64,000 nt of DNA from Spirochaetota bacterium (GCA_965208615.1 CBDBPB010000002.1:64001-128000); one strand, 5' to 3'. Positions 32,832-43,894 are shown, counted from the first letter of the stretch. Notes: generated from the letters alone by a model not told the origin. A program made the numbers and translations.

Positions 32832-34007
32832 ATGAATGAAATAGACTTTCTAACAAAATCCGTTCACGCTGGTGAAGAAAAGCTAAAAGCAAAAGATTCC
32901 TTAACTAATCCAATATATAATACTTCAACCTATACATTTAGGAATACCTCTGACCTTTGTGACTATATGGATAAAAAAAAAGTTAGGGAAGAATATGGTA
33001 GATACGGAAATCCAACTGTAGAAGTAGCACAGAATAAACTAGCTGAACTAGATAATGGTCAATGGGCTTTACTTTTTTCTAGCGGCATGAGTGCTATTTG
33101 TATAACATTATTTACTTTATTAGAAAAAGACTCTCACATAATAATTACCAGCGATTCTTATAGGCGAACTAGACAGTTTGTTAGAGAGGTTTTACCTAAG
33201 TTTGGAGTAGAGTTTTCTATTGTATCGCCTAATTCTAAGGCTATAGAAAGTAATATCAAGGATAATACTGAAATTATTATATCAGAATCGCCGACTAATC
33301 CTTATCTTAGGGTGTTGGATATACCAAAAATAGTTAATATTGCTAAAAACCATAATATTATAACCATGATTGATAGTACTCTTGCAAGTCCTTATAATCA
33401 AAGGCCTATAGAAATGGGAATAGATTTAGTAATCCACTCTGCTACTAAATACTTAGGCGGACACAATGACTTAATTGCAGGAACTGTAATAGGTAATTCT
33501 GATCTATTATTAGAGCAAATAAAGCAATATAGGGATATTATAGGGGGAATACCAGACCCAAATACGTCATACCTGCTTGTTAGAGGGCTTAAGACCTTTG
33601 GCCTTAGACTAAAACAACAAAATCAGAGTGCATTAAAGTTAGCTGAGTTTTTAGAATCCCATTCAAAAATTGATAAGGTATACTACCCCGGATTAAAGTC
33701 TCATCCTGACTATGACATAGCTAAAGAACAGCTTAGTGGTTTTGGTGGACTAATGAGCTTTGAAATTAAGGGCGATCTGAAAAAAACCAGTAAGTTTATT
33801 GATTTGGTAGAAATACCCTTTATAGCTCCGAGTCTTGGAGGCGTAGAGACATTAATAGAACAGGTAAGCCTTGTATCATACTATGATTTAACAACAGAAG
33901 AACGCCTTAAACTGGGAATTAAAGATAATCTTGTACGATTATCCATTGGTATAGAGAATGTTGATGATCTAATAGCTGATATTAATGGAGCATTAAATAA
34001 GATATAG
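32832..34007 (+). CDS. metB: Cystathionine gamma-synthase (trans-sulfuration PLP family)
   Basis: YGRYGNPT, ESPTNP, HSATKYLGGHND, APSLGGVE. Confidence 0.8.
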   Translation: MNEIDFLTKSVHAGEEKLKAKDSLTNPIYNTSTYTFRNTSDLCDYMDKKKVREEYGRYGNPTVEVAQNKLAELDNGQWALLFSSGMSAICITLFTLLEKDSHIIITSDSYRRTRQFVREVLPKFGVEFSIVSPNSKAIESNIKDNTEIIISESPTNPYLRVLDIPKIVNIAKNHNIITMIDSTLASPYNQRPIEMGIDLVIHSATKYLGGHNDLIAGTVIGNSDLLLEQIKQYRDIIGGIPDPNTSYLLVRGLKTFGLRLKQQNQSALKLAEFLESHSKIDKVYYPGLKSHPDYDIAKEQLSGFGGLMSFEIKGDLKKTSKFIDLVEIPFIAPSLGGVETLIEQVSLVSYYDLTTEERLKLGIKDNLVRLSIGIENVDDLIADINGALNKI

Positions 34008-34093
34008 TTATAATGCGGCTATTGATAATACGTATAATCCTTTATGTGTTTTTAAGTATAGTATCTTTTAATTAGTTTTTCATTAATTTAAAA

Positions 34094-34558
34094 ATGGTCA
34101 TGGATAAAAAATTAATTATGAGCCTAAATAAAAAGAATATAATGGGATCAGTAGTACAAAAAGGGTTTAGCTGTAAGCCAAAGGAGAAAGATCCTAATAA
34201 ACCAATAATGTTTTATAAATCCCATATAATATTCTGTATGGATGAAAGGTGTAAGCCCTGTTATAAAGGTGATGATAGGCTAAATGAGCTAAGAGAGCTA
34301 ATAAAAACCCTTAAACTTAATAAAGGACATAAACGAATTAAGATTACAAGGTCATTTTGTTTTGGTGCGTGTAGGTTTAGGAGTGTGTCTTTAATATATA
34401 GCTCCGGTGATAAGCAGGTTAATAACTGTATTTGGCTAAAACAGAGCCATAAACTATCAAAAGAAAAATGGACTAGTATATTTAACTCCCTATCTAATGA
34501 TGTACCAATAACAAAACAACTAAATAATAACCTAATACCCATTAACGTATATGAGTGA
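34094..34558 (+). CDS. Thioredoxin-like [2Fe-2S] ferredoxin linked to cobalamin genes
   Basis: HIIFCMDERC and TRSFCFGAC cysteine pattern; overlaps the cbiD start. Confidence 0.7.
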   Translation: MVMDKKLIMSLNKKNIMGSVVQKGFSCKPKEKDPNKPIMFYKSHIIFCMDERCKPCYKGDDRLNELRELIKTLKLNKGHKRIKITRSFCFGACRFRSVSLIYSSGDKQVNNCIWLKQSHKLSKEKWTSIFNSLSNDVPITKQLNNNLIPINVYE

Positions 34559-35750
34559 TATAAACTTAGCCCATTTAGTATATGGCTATACCACTGGTAC
34601 TCATACAACTGCCATTGTAAAATCGGCAATAGAACTATATTGCAACAAAATAAATGAATCTAAATATCTCTGTAAAACTCCCCTAGCCAATGGAGAACTG
34701 GTAGATATATTAGTAAATACCTATAAGCTAAATAATAAACTAATAGTATCCTCAACTAAGAAAACCTATAACGATGACTATGATGTTAGCAAGGGCTGTA
34801 TTATAACCTGTTATATAATAGAGGATTACCAAATAGTTAAAAAATATTTATCCAAGATTAAGCATAAGCCATATATAATCGAATTAAACAGTATAACTAC
34901 GTATATATATGCAGGTAAGGGGCTTGGTATAGTATCAAAGCCTGGATTAAAGGCTTTAGTTGGTTATCCAGCGATCAATCCCGTACCACTAAGCACTATA
35001 ACAAAGGTTATTAAGGAATCCTTATTCTCATTGGCTAAGGCAGGTAATATTTATATTGTTATATCCATAGATAATGGAGAAGAACTGGCTAATAAAACAG
35101 CTAATCCTAAAGTTGGTGTAATAGGCGGACTCTCTATATTAGGCTCAACCGGAATTGTAAAACCACTATCTATTGATAGATATTTAAAATCCATAAAGTC
35201 AGAACTACTAGTGGCAAAAGCAAGTGGTATACCAACCATTGTTTATACCATAGGTAATACAGCGAATAACTTTGCCAAAACAGCAATGCTAATACCAAAT
35301 GAATGCTTTATAGAAATAGGTAATTTTATTCATAAGTCAATAAGCCTTTTATCAGAATACTCTTTTAGAGAACTGTATATTATATCTGGACCAGGTAAAA
35401 TGGCAAAAATAGCACAAGGATTTGATAATACTCATAATCGTAACGGATTTATAAACTTTAACGTTATTATAGACTGGATAATAGATGATAATCCCAAATA
35501 TAGTGATAAGCTATATAATAAAAGTTTTAATACCATAAGAGAAATGGCTAACACCTTGGCCTCATTAGATAAAACTAAAATACTTAAAAAAAAGCTTTAC
35601 TTAATGTTATGTCATAAGGCACTAAAACAGATAGAGTTATGGTTTATTAGTCCGCCTAATAATAGGGTTTTTGGCTTGGATATGATTAATATTATATGTC
35701 TGGATGAGGTAACTAATATTAAATATTCAAAATCATATACAAAGGTATAA
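34551..35750 (+). CDS. cbiD: Cobalt-precorrin-5B C1-methyltransferase
   Basis: GYTTGT, PAINPVP, TANPKVGVIGGLSILGSTGIVKP, GKMAKIAQG. Confidence 0.9.
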   Translation: MSDINLAHLVYGYTTGTHTTAIVKSAIELYCNKINESKYLCKTPLANGELVDILVNTYKLNNKLIVSSTKKTYNDDYDVSKGCIITCYIIEDYQIVKKYLSKIKHKPYIIELNSITTYIYAGKGLGIVSKPGLKALVGYPAINPVPLSTITKVIKESLFSLAKAGNIYIVISIDNGEELANKTANPKVGVIGGLSILGSTGIVKPLSIDRYLKSIKSELLVAKASGIPTIVYTIGNTANNFAKTAMLIPNECFIEIGNFIHKSISLLSEYSFRELYIISGPGKMAKIAQGFDNTHNRNGFINFNVIIDWIIDDNPKYSDKLYNKSFNTIREMANTLASLDKTKILKKKLYLMLCHKALKQIELWFISPPNNRVFGLDMINIICLDEVTNIKYSKSYTKV

Positions 35751-35752
35751 TC

Positions 35753-37000
35753 ATGTTAACTGTTGCTGGTACGGGTATGTCAGAATATAATACATCATTA
35801 ATTGAGGGCTTAGTCGACTTTTATGACTTTGACTATATTGTCCTCGATAAGAACTATCTTATTGCCAATAGAAATCCAACACTAAATACTTTATCTCCTA
35901 TGCTAATGAGTGACTCATTTGATAAGCAAAAGCTTTTTATAAGGGATAAGTTGGCTGAGGGCATGTCTATTTTATATATTGTATCAGGTAGTCCATACTT
36001 TTTTTCTGGTGCATCGGTTGTCATAAAGTATCTCAGTAGTTGTTTGACTAGTTTTAACCTCCATAAAGACCTCTTAATTATAAATAATCTATCCTGTAAG
36101 GACTATCTAATAAATAAACTTATGATATCCGAGCAGGATATTTATAGCTTATCCCTACATGGCAGGGCTAATATAGATCTTACTAACTTTATGACTAAGC
36201 CCTATACCTTTATACTGTCTGACTCCGAGACTCTATCAAAGGTAAGGGATATTATTAAATATATTGACAAAAGGGATATTAATATTATTATGGCGTCAAA
36301 GCTTGGCTACAGCTCTGAGAGAATACTATCTATAACCGATATAGACTTATTTTTATCGGGGCATTCAATTAGTGATTTTGAGCCGTATGTATTATTACTT
36401 AAAAAGCAATTTAAGGATAATCCCTCTTATTCTGACTCCAAAGACTTTGAACAGGATAAGGGTATGATTACAAAAAACTTTAAACGTAATCTAACCATCC
36501 AGGAGCTGGAATTAAAATCCAATTTAGTATTATGGGATGTTGGAGCTGGTAGTGGTTCTGTTGGTATAGAGGCATATAAGCGTTTTAGGGTTAGGACTGT
36601 CTTTTTTGAGAGGGATAAAAAGCGTTTATCGGATATTAAAAAAAATCTAAATAATAATAAGGTTATGGGAGCAAGATTAGTAAGTGGAAATGTTATCCAT
36701 AGTCATAAAGATGAGTTAGAGCTACCTGATAGGATATTCATTGGTGGAGGGGGAGAGTTAATTGCAAAAAACGTTAATTTATTTTATAATAAGCTTAAAC
36801 CCTCTGGACTTATAATTGCTAATTACGTATCACTAAAAGACTTTATAACAATGATTAACTCTCTTATGACATATAATATTCCATTTTCTATTCGTTCTAT
36901 ATCCCTAACGACTTTTAAGAATAACGATTTACTCTTTAGTGAGCCTGAGAGGTTAGTCTTTCAAATAACCATTAAAAAGGATAAAGACTATGATCAATAA
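35753..37000 (+). CDS. cbiET: Fused precorrin-6Y methyltransferase/decarboxylase CbiE-CbiT
   Basis: SGSPYFFS, SLHGR, GMITK, WDVGAGSGSVGIE, PDRIFIGGG. Confidence 0.85.
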   Translation: MLTVAGTGMSEYNTSLIEGLVDFYDFDYIVLDKNYLIANRNPTLNTLSPMLMSDSFDKQKLFIRDKLAEGMSILYIVSGSPYFFSGASVVIKYLSSCLTSFNLHKDLLIINNLSCKDYLINKLMISEQDIYSLSLHGRANIDLTNFMTKPYTFILSDSETLSKVRDIIKYIDKRDINIIMASKLGYSSERILSITDIDLFLSGHSISDFEPYVLLLKKQFKDNPSYSDSKDFEQDKGMITKNFKRNLTIQELELKSNLVLWDVGAGSGSVGIEAYKRFRVRTVFFERDKKRLSDIKKNLNNNKVMGARLVSGNVIHSHKDELELPDRIFIGGGGELIAKNVNLFYNKLKPSGLIIANYVSLKDFITMINSLMTYNIPFSIRSISLTTFKNNDLLFSEPERLVFQITIKKDKDYDQ

Positions 37001-37730
37001 AAATACTGTTTACTTTATTGGAGCAGGACCTGGTGACCCTGAGTTAGTTACAGTTAAGGCTAGGTCTATTATTGAGGTGGCTGACTCAATATTATATACT
37101 GGATCTTTAGTTCCTAAGGAAGTTTTAAAGTGGGCAAAGCCTAACGCTATTATAAAGTCTTCGGCTAAGATGACTTATCCCGATATATTTTCTTTCTTTG
37201 ATCAGCACGCTAAAAAAGGAGTATTTGTTAGACTACATACAGGTGATCCGTCAATATACTCCACCATGGCAAGGCAAATTGAATATTTAAAAGAGAATAA
37301 TATCAAATATCAGGTTATACCCGGTGTAACAGCCGCCTTTGCTGCTGCTGCCAGTTTGGGGATAGAGTATACCATACCTGGTGTATCACAAACTCTTATT
37401 ATATCTAAGGTACCGGGTAATACTCCTAATCCTGAGCCATTAAAGCATATTTTAAATTGTAAAAACTCATCAGTGGTATTATATTTATCGATTACCCTAA
37501 TAGATAAACTACAGGATGTTGCAATAAATAATTGTTATTATAGTCCAGATACTCCATGTTGGGTTATAGAAAAGGCATCATGGCCCGATGAGCAAATCAT
37601 AAAAGGTACAATAGGTAATATTGTGGATAAACTAAAAAATACTAATATTAAAGGTATTGCTCTTATACTTTTTGGTAGCTTTCTTAATCAGAGTCCATCT
37701 GACTTATCTGTATTGTACGGTCATAAATAG
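36990..37730 (+). CDS. cbiF: Cobalt-precorrin-4 C11-methyltransferase
   Basis: FIGAGPGDPEL, YTGSLV, RLHTGDPSIY, PGVSQTLI, KASWPDE. Confidence 0.9.
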   Translation: MINKNTVYFIGAGPGDPELVTVKARSIIEVADSILYTGSLVPKEVLKWAKPNAIIKSSAKMTYPDIFSFFDQHAKKGVFVRLHTGDPSIYSTMARQIEYLKENNIKYQVIPGVTAAFAAAASLGIEYTIPGVSQTLIISKVPGNTPNPEPLKHILNCKNSSVVLYLSITLIDKLQDVAINNCYYSPDTPCWVIEKASWPDEQIIKGTIGNIVDKLKNTNIKGIALILFGSFLNQSPSDLSVLYGHK

Positions 37731-37983
37731 CAGGACTATTATTTTAGGACAGTGTTAGCATAGCTCTTAATATCCAACTTTACTATACATTTATGTTATC
37801 TGTAAGATAGTCTGAAAAACCTTTGTTAGAACACTTATACAGCCTAAATAATTATACGATAACTTGGTTGACTAATCATAATAAATTGATTAATCTTTCT
37901 TTTAATATGGGTTAAGAATATAGAAAATACTTTATATAGAGTATATTTAGGTGTTGGATACTATTATTATATGGGAGTATTAA

Positions 37984-38997
37984 ATGGAAAATGCTAATGA
38001 TATAAAAGATAATAATATAAAGGCTAGGAGGCTTAGTTCAAACGTTATTATAATAAACGTTTTATTGGTATTATCAATAGTTTTAGCTATTACTTTGTCC
38101 TTTAGGGATAGTAAACCCGTTGTTAAGCAAAAAAAGACTGCTATTAGTTTTATTAGTGGTGGTCCTTCTGTTAAGGTTATAGATGTTTATGGTATTATAG
38201 AATATCAAAAGATGGTTAGTCATATATCCCTTAGGTTAAAGAGTGCCGAGAAGAACGACAATATTAAGGCTGTTATTCTTAGGATAAACTCTGGTGGCGG
38301 TACTGTTGGGGCAAGCCAGGCTATTTATAGGCAAATACATGATTTTAAAAAGAAAACTAAGAAGCCAGTTGTTGCTGTAATAGGGGATATTGCCGCATCT
38401 GGTGGATATTATATAGCTTCTGCGGCTGATAGTATTATAGCTGGTAGAGGGTCTCTTACTGGGAGTATTGGGGTTATTATTATTAGTTTTAGTTTTAAGG
38501 ATTTGTTTAAGAAACTTGGTATAAAGCAAGACATTATCAAAAGCGGAGAGTTTAAGGATATTATGACTGCAATTGGCAGGGATAAAACTCCTGCTGAGCT
38601 TAAACTTTTACAAAGGTCTATTGACAGCGTTTATAAGCAGTTTTTTGATGCTGTTTTAGCTAATAGAGAGGGTAAAAAGGGCTTAACGGATAAAATACTA
38701 AAAGCCTATGCAGATGGTAGAGTTATAATAGGTAGTGAGGCTAATGATCTTGGACTTGTTGATAGCTTAGGGGGTATGAAAGAGGCTATAAAGTATATCA
38801 AGGATAAGCTTAAGATAAAGGGTGAGTTAAAGGTTATTTATGATTCGAAGTCTATTTTTGATAAGATATTTAGTACTTTGGGTGTTAATAACGAGTCTTT
38901 GTTTATGGACGAACCTTTATCTATAGAGAAGTTTTTAAAGTTCCACTCTACTAGTGGTTTACCTCTTTATCTTTATGTTGGAGGTAATGGACTATGA
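37984..38997 (+). CDS. sppA: Signal peptide peptidase SppA (S49)
   Basis: RINSGGG, AASGGYY, TGSIGV, KSGEFKD. Confidence 0.9.
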   Translation: MENANDIKDNNIKARRLSSNVIIINVLLVLSIVLAITLSFRDSKPVVKQKKTAISFISGGPSVKVIDVYGIIEYQKMVSHISLRLKSAEKNDNIKAVILRINSGGGTVGASQAIYRQIHDFKKKTKKPVVAVIGDIAASGGYYIASAADSIIAGRGSLTGSIGVIIISFSFKDLFKKLGIKQDIIKSGEFKDIMTAIGRDKTPAELKLLQRSIDSVYKQFFDAVLANREGKKGLTDKILKAYADGRVIIGSEANDLGLVDSLGGMKEAIKYIKDKLKIKGELKVIYDSKSIFDKIFSTLGVNNESLFMDEPLSIEKFLKFHSTSGLPLYLYVGGNGL

Positions 38998-39614
38998 GAT
39001 TATTTATGATGTCATTACACGGGCTTATACTTAATCCCACTAGTTATTTATCTGATATAATAGAGAATAGTAAAGCTGGTATAGTTAATTTTTCTATTAT
39101 GTTAATTTTGTTAATTGCTTCAGCGCAATACATCGGCTTTAATAATAGTACTGGGATTACGTTATCCCCATTTTTTTATATTATTTTGATGTTGTTTTAC
39201 GTATCATTTTTTCTACTTATGATATTTATAGAGAGTGCAATTACGTCTTTTTTTCTTAAGAGTCGTAATGTAACACCGTTTACTTTTGGCTCTAAGCAAG
39301 TTTTTGCTATTATATCCTTTTCTTATTTTCCTTATTTGTTATTTCCGGCATTATCTATTATATCCCTTAGTTTGGGAGGTATAATTTATTTTATTGCTAT
39401 GATAGTTCTTTTTGTTATGGTTATAAGGTTGAGAAAGGGCTTTTTGGACCGCTATATATCTTATTTTAGTATATTGTCGCCTTTTAGTCTTGCGATTATC
39501 CCATTAGTTATACAGGTGGTTTTGGGGTTTTTATTATTCTTTTTTACAGCCTCTATGTTCGGGATTTTATTTATTAATCAGGTTAGTAATTTAATCTCAG
39601 TTGCTAAGTGGTAA
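38994..39614 (+). CDS. Multi-pass membrane protein (Yip1-like)
   Basis: About 5 hydrophobic helices; coupled to sppA. Confidence 0.6.
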   Translation: MRLFMMSLHGLILNPTSYLSDIIENSKAGIVNFSIMLILLIASAQYIGFNNSTGITLSPFFYIILMLFYVSFFLLMIFIESAITSFFLKSRNVTPFTFGSKQVFAIISFSYFPYLLFPALSIISLSLGGIIYFIAMIVLFVMVIRLRKGFLDRYISYFSILSPFSLAIIPLVIQVVLGFLLFFFTASMFGILFINQVSNLISVAKW

Positions 39615-39807
39615 TTCGTTATAAATGCTATAATTTAAAAAAGATAAAAGAATCTCATTGTACAGTTTCTTATTAGAATAAGTAATATCTAAACTAGTAA
39701 TATGATATTTATTAAGCTATCTTAAAAAGGCTTTATAGTATTGACATTTTGAATAATTCATATTAGTTTTTTTAAACAACTCTGTGTATTAGTATAGTTA
39801 ATGTATA

Positions 39808-40242
39808 ATGAGTTCTTTTGTAAAACATATAAGCGAGTCTTATGATGAAACTATAGGCGTTGCTAAGCTTATAGGTAAATCATTATGCGGTGGTGAGGTC
39901 ATATTTCTAAAAGGGGAGCTTGGTACTGGTAAAACCTGCTTTACCAAAGGGCTAGCAATAGGATTAGATATTGAGGATATTATTACAAGTCCTAGCTTTT
40001 CTATAATGAATATTTATGAGGGTAAGGGTTTAACTTTGTGTCATCTTGATCTTTATAGGCTAAACTCTTTGGATGAGTTTTTAGACCTTGGTATTGATGA
40101 TTATATTAGTCCGAAGTCTGTTATGGTGATAGAGTGGGGTAATAGGTTTATTGATGAGTTTTTAAGTTATTATGCCATAATAGAGCTAAAAATTATTGAC
40201 AATGGCTATAGGGAAATTATTATCACAAAAAAGCCTAACTAA
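39808..40242 (+). CDS. tsaE: tRNA threonylcarbamoyladenosine biosynthesis ATPase
   Basis: GELGTGKT, TSPSF, HLDLYRL, VIEW. Confidence 0.93.
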   Translation: MSSFVKHISESYDETIGVAKLIGKSLCGGEVIFLKGELGTGKTCFTKGLAIGLDIEDIITSPSFSIMNIYEGKGLTLCHLDLYRLNSLDEFLDLGIDDYISPKSVMVIEWGNRFIDEFLSYYAIIELKIIDNGYREIIITKKPN

Positions 40243-40745
40243 TTAAACAAATCAAAATTGTTTTAAGGAAGTTTATTTATCTAAATACTGTTTTATAATA
40301 ATTCTTTATTTAACTGTTAGAATAATAGCTACAACATTATTAACTATTAGTATAAGGGTATGAAAATGATAAGTGAAGAGTTAAAACAAGAAATAAAAAA
40401 GGAAGTGGCTATAGCTGTCCATGAGATTGAGATTACTGACATTAAAGTCGAGAAGCTTAGGAATGAGATAGCTAATGTAAAGTCAGAGCTTAAAAATGAA
40501 ATAACTGGAGTTGAATCAAGGCTAAGAGTAGAATTAAAAGCAGTAGAAAACAGACTTGACAATAAAATATCAGATGTTAAAATCACTTTCGAGAATAGAA
40601 TTAGTAAGCTCGAAGGTATGATGAAAGTTATTATAACAATAACATCAGCAACAGCAATAGGTATTGTAATGCTAATGCTTAAAGACATTTTTAAATAGTT
40701 ATTGTTAAGGATTATTCTAATTAAACAAATCAAAATTGTTTTAAG
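40239..40745. repeat. 29 bp perfect direct repeats flanking a small gene
   Basis: CTAATTAAACAAATCAAAATTGTTTTAAG at 40239-40267 and 40717-40745. Confidence 0.9.
40360..40698 (+). CDS. Bdr/DUF1640-like coiled-coil protein with C-terminal membrane anchor
   Basis: 11-residue repeats (LRNEIANVKSE, LKNEITGVESR, LDNKISDVKIT) followed by a hydrophobic tail. Confidence 0.65.
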   Translation: MKMISEELKQEIKKEVAIAVHEIEITDIKVEKLRNEIANVKSELKNEITGVESRLRVELKAVENRLDNKISDVKITFENRISKLEGMMKVIITITSATAIGIVMLMLKDIFK

Positions 40746-40749
40746 TTAA

Positions 40750-41562
40750 ATGATTAAAATTAATGAACAGTTTATAGAGTATAAAAGTGATATAAGCCTT
40801 TTTGACCTTAGGGATAAGTTTAAGCCAGAGGCTGATATTATGATATACAACGGATTCCCTATTAGTGAAGACAGGTTTTTGGCTGATGGTGATGAGGTTG
40901 TATTTATTAAGCGGGGTGAAGTGCCTTCTAAAGACGATCTTGAAGGTTTAATGCTATCCCGTCATACACCTGGTGTACATAAAAGGCTTAAGGCTAGTGT
41001 GGTTGGTGTCGCTGGCATAGGTGGATTAGGTTCATCTGTGGCTATTGCATTAGCGAGGATAGGCATTGGGAAGCTTATATTAGCTGATTTTGATATAGTG
41101 GAGCCTAGTAATTTAAATAGGCAACAGTATTTTATTAATCAGATTGGTATGCCTAAGGTTCATGCTATGCGGGATAATTTAAGGCAGATTAATCCTTATG
41201 TTGAGGTTGATATATATCAGGTAATTCTTGATGAGGCTAATGTACCTGATATTTTTAGTGGGGTTAATGTATTGGTTGAGGCTTTTGATAGGCCTGATAT
41301 GAAGTCTATGTTGATTAATTCTTTTTTGGATAGTTATCCAGAGGGATATGTAGTTAGTGCATCTGGCTTAGCTGGCTATGATAGTGCTAATTTAATTAAG
41401 ACCCATTGTTTTGGTGATAGGCTATTTGTTGTGGGGGATAGGGTATCGGCTGCTATGCCTGGTAGGGGGCTTATGGCTCCTAGAGTTGGTGTTGCTGCAC
41501 ATCATCAGGCTAATAAGGTTTTAGAGATAATATTAGGAGATGGTTATGAACATAGTGGTTAA
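40750..41562 (+). CDS. thiF: Sulfur carrier adenylyltransferase ThiF with N-terminal ThiS-like domain
   Basis: GIGGLGS, DFDIVEPSNLNRQ, GLMAPRV. Confidence 0.9.
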   Translation: MIKINEQFIEYKSDISLFDLRDKFKPEADIMIYNGFPISEDRFLADGDEVVFIKRGEVPSKDDLEGLMLSRHTPGVHKRLKASVVGVAGIGGLGSSVAIALARIGIGKLILADFDIVEPSNLNRQQYFINQIGMPKVHAMRDNLRQINPYVEVDIYQVILDEANVPDIFSGVNVLVEAFDRPDMKSMLINSFLDSYPEGYVVSASGLAGYDSANLIKTHCFGDRLFVVGDRVSAAMPGRGLMAPRVGVAAHHQANKVLEIILGDGYEHSG

Positions 41563-41743
41563 CGGAGAGGATAGATTGATTAAGGGTTTAACGGTTAATG
41601 ATCTTTTGGATGAGCTATGTATTTCCAGGGTAAATATAGCTGTGGAGCTTAATAAGAGTATTGTTCCAAAGGGTCAGTTTGATAGTGTTAACTTGGCTGA
41701 TGGGGATAAAATAGAGATTGTACAATTTGTTGGTGGTGGATAA
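41546..41743 (+). CDS. thiS: Sulfur carrier protein ThiS
   Basis: AVELN; C-terminal IEIVQFVGGG. Confidence 0.93.
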   Translation: MNIVVNGEDRLIKGLTVNDLLDELCISRVNIAVELNKSIVPKGQFDSVNLADGDKIEIVQFVGGG

Positions 41744-41762
41744 ATAGATTAGGGAGATATTT

Positions 41763-42539
41763 ATGTCGAAAAAAGATAATTTAGTTATTGCTAACAGGGA
41801 GTTTAGTTCAAGGTTATTTGTGGGTACTGGAAAGTACAATAGTTTTGAGCTTATGAAGGAGGCTTTTGAGGCCTCAGGTTCTGATGTTATTACTGTTGCT
41901 GTACGAAGGATTGATCTTAAGGCTAAGGGTGATAATTTACTTAGTCATATTGATCTTAGTAAATATAAGCTTTTGCCAAACACTGCTGGATGCTATACGG
42001 CTGAGGATGCCATTAGATATGCACGGCTGGCAAGGGAAGTGGGCATGAGTGATATGGTTAAACTTGAGGTTATTGGTGATGAAAAAACATTATTCCCTGA
42101 TAATGAAGCTACATTAGAGGCCGCCAAGGTATTAGTGAAAGAGGGTTTTATAGTGTTGCCTTATACATCCGATGATCCCATTATGGCTAAGAAGCTTGAG
42201 GATATTGGATGTTCTGCTGTTATGCCATTGGCTGCACCTATTGGTTCTGGGCTTGGTATAAGAAATCCATATAATATTAAGATAATACTTGAGACTGTTA
42301 ACTTACCTGTTATTGTGGATGCTGGAGTAGGTACTGCTTCTGACGTTGCTATTGCTATGGAATTAGGTTGTGATGCTGTACTTATGAATACGGGTATTGC
42401 TGGTGCTAGTGATCCTGTTGCTATGGCAAGGGCTATGAATTATGGTGTTAAGGCTGGTAGGCTTTCATACTTAGCTGGACGTATCCCTAAAAAGCTTTAT
42501 GCAAGTGCCAGTACGACATTTGAGGGTATGCTTAATTAG
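41763..42539 (+). CDS. thiG: Thiazole synthase
   Basis: [38 protein letters not shown]. Confidence 0.96.
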   Translation: MSKKDNLVIANREFSSRLFVGTGKYNSFELMKEAFEASGSDVITVAVRRIDLKAKGDNLLSHIDLSKYKLLPNTAGCYTAEDAIRYARLAREVGMSDMVKLEVIGDEKTLFPDNEATLEAAKVLVKEGFIVLPYTSDDPIMAKKLEDIGCSAVMPLAAPIGSGLGIRNPYNIKIILETVNLPVIVDAGVGTASDVAIAMELGCDAVLMNTGIAGASDPVAMARAMNYGVKAGRLSYLAGRIPKKLYASASTTFEGMLN

Positions 42540-42542
42540 TGT

Positions 42543-43157
42543 ATGACTTTACCTAAGTTATACCTCATAACCGATAGAACCCTTTGTAAGAATATCTTTT
42601 ACACTATTGAACAGGCTCTTATTGCTGGTGTCAGGATGATACAGCTTAGGGAGAAGGATTTATCATCGGCTGAGCTTTATAATATGGCGTATAAGATGAG
42701 GGAGCTAACCAATAAGTATAATGCCATGCTTATAATAAACGATAGGGTGGATATTGCTTTATCCGTTGATGCTGATGGCATTCATGTTGGGAAGGATAGT
42801 TTGAGTATACCTATTATAAAAAATGTGCTTTATAGGGCTAATAAACAGCTACTTATTGGTTATTCTGCTCATTCTCTAAAAGAAAGCATTATGGTTGAGG
42901 ATCATGGTGCAAACTGGATAACATTTAGTCCTATTTATTATACTAGGTCTAAGATGCTTTATGGTAGGCCTCAGGGGATAGATAGATTAATTGAGATTAC
43001 ATCTAGGATAAGTATACCGGTTTATGCTCTTGGAGGGATAAACAATTTTAACGCTGTTGAGGTTTCTAAGGTTGCCTATGGTATTGCTCTTATTTCTCAG
43101 ATAATCGGTTCTACGGACCCTAAACATAGTGCAGAAGAGATGTTAGACATTATTTAA
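42543..43157 (+). CDS. thiE: Thiamine phosphate synthase family (ThiE/TenI)
   Basis: LYLITDR, IQLREKD, INDRVD, ADGIH, YALGGI. Confidence 0.8.
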   Translation: MTLPKLYLITDRTLCKNIFYTIEQALIAGVRMIQLREKDLSSAELYNMAYKMRELTNKYNAMLIINDRVDIALSVDADGIHVGKDSLSIPIIKNVLYRANKQLLIGYSAHSLKESIMVEDHGANWITFSPIYYTRSKMLYGRPQGIDRLIEITSRISIPVYALGGINNFNAVEVSKVAYGIALISQIIGSTDPKHSAEEMLDII

Positions 43158-43261
43158 TATATCATACTAATTATTCTAAAATAGCTTATAATACTTTTGA
43201 CCTATACTATTATAACAATTAATAATACTTCTATATAAACTTTTTATATAAATAGTAATAA

Positions 43262-43894
43262 TTAGAATTCTTTAAGAAGTGCCTTCCTAACCCTTATATC
43301 ATTACGAAACTCTTTTTGAAAGTCCTTTTTTACCTTTTCAAAGTCATCAATAAGCGTAGTCTTGGTTATACTATAAAACTCATTATGGTCAAACTTAAGA
43401 GTACCTATATATACAGCTTTGTCATTAGGCTTAATCTTAACCATAGCCCTAATAGGAATTATAAGTTTGTTCGTATTTAAATTCCGAGTACCCTTATTAA
43501 CATACTCACACTCCTGTAAGATAAACATCTCAAGTATATAAAAAGATTTTCTTTTAAACTTGATATAAAAATCATTGTTAAGCCTAGCAATAATCCTATT
43601 AGTAAAATAGAATCCCATAGATGAATTATAAGTTTTTTCTGTAGGAGGATCTTGTATTTTTTCATCAATCCAAATATGAATCTTATCTTTAAACTCGTAA
43701 GGAAAACAATTACGAGAGTCGCTAATATTATAAAAGCTATCCCCAAGAGGAGGGTCAAAAATAATCTTTCCAATAACTAAAACTTCATTATCCTTTAAGT
43801 TGGAATCTTTCTCAAAATGTTCAACTTTATTAGGTAAGCTTGAACAACCCATAAATACTAATAAAACTAAACATATAAACTTTATCTTATTCAT
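43262..43894 (-). CDS. Hypothetical lipoprotein
   Basis: Lipobox FMGC; 210 aa ORF. Confidence 0.65.
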   Translation of the reverse strand: MNKIKFICLVLLVFMGCSSLPNKVEHFEKDSNLKDNEVLVIGKIIFDPPLGDSFYNISDSRNCFPYEFKDKIHIWIDEKIQDPPTEKTYNSSMGFYFTNRIIARLNNDFYIKFKRKSFYILEMFILQECEYVNKGTRNLNTNKLIIPIRAMVKIKPNDKAVYIGTLKFDHNEFYSITKTTLIDDFEKVKKDFQKEFRNDIRVRKALLKEF

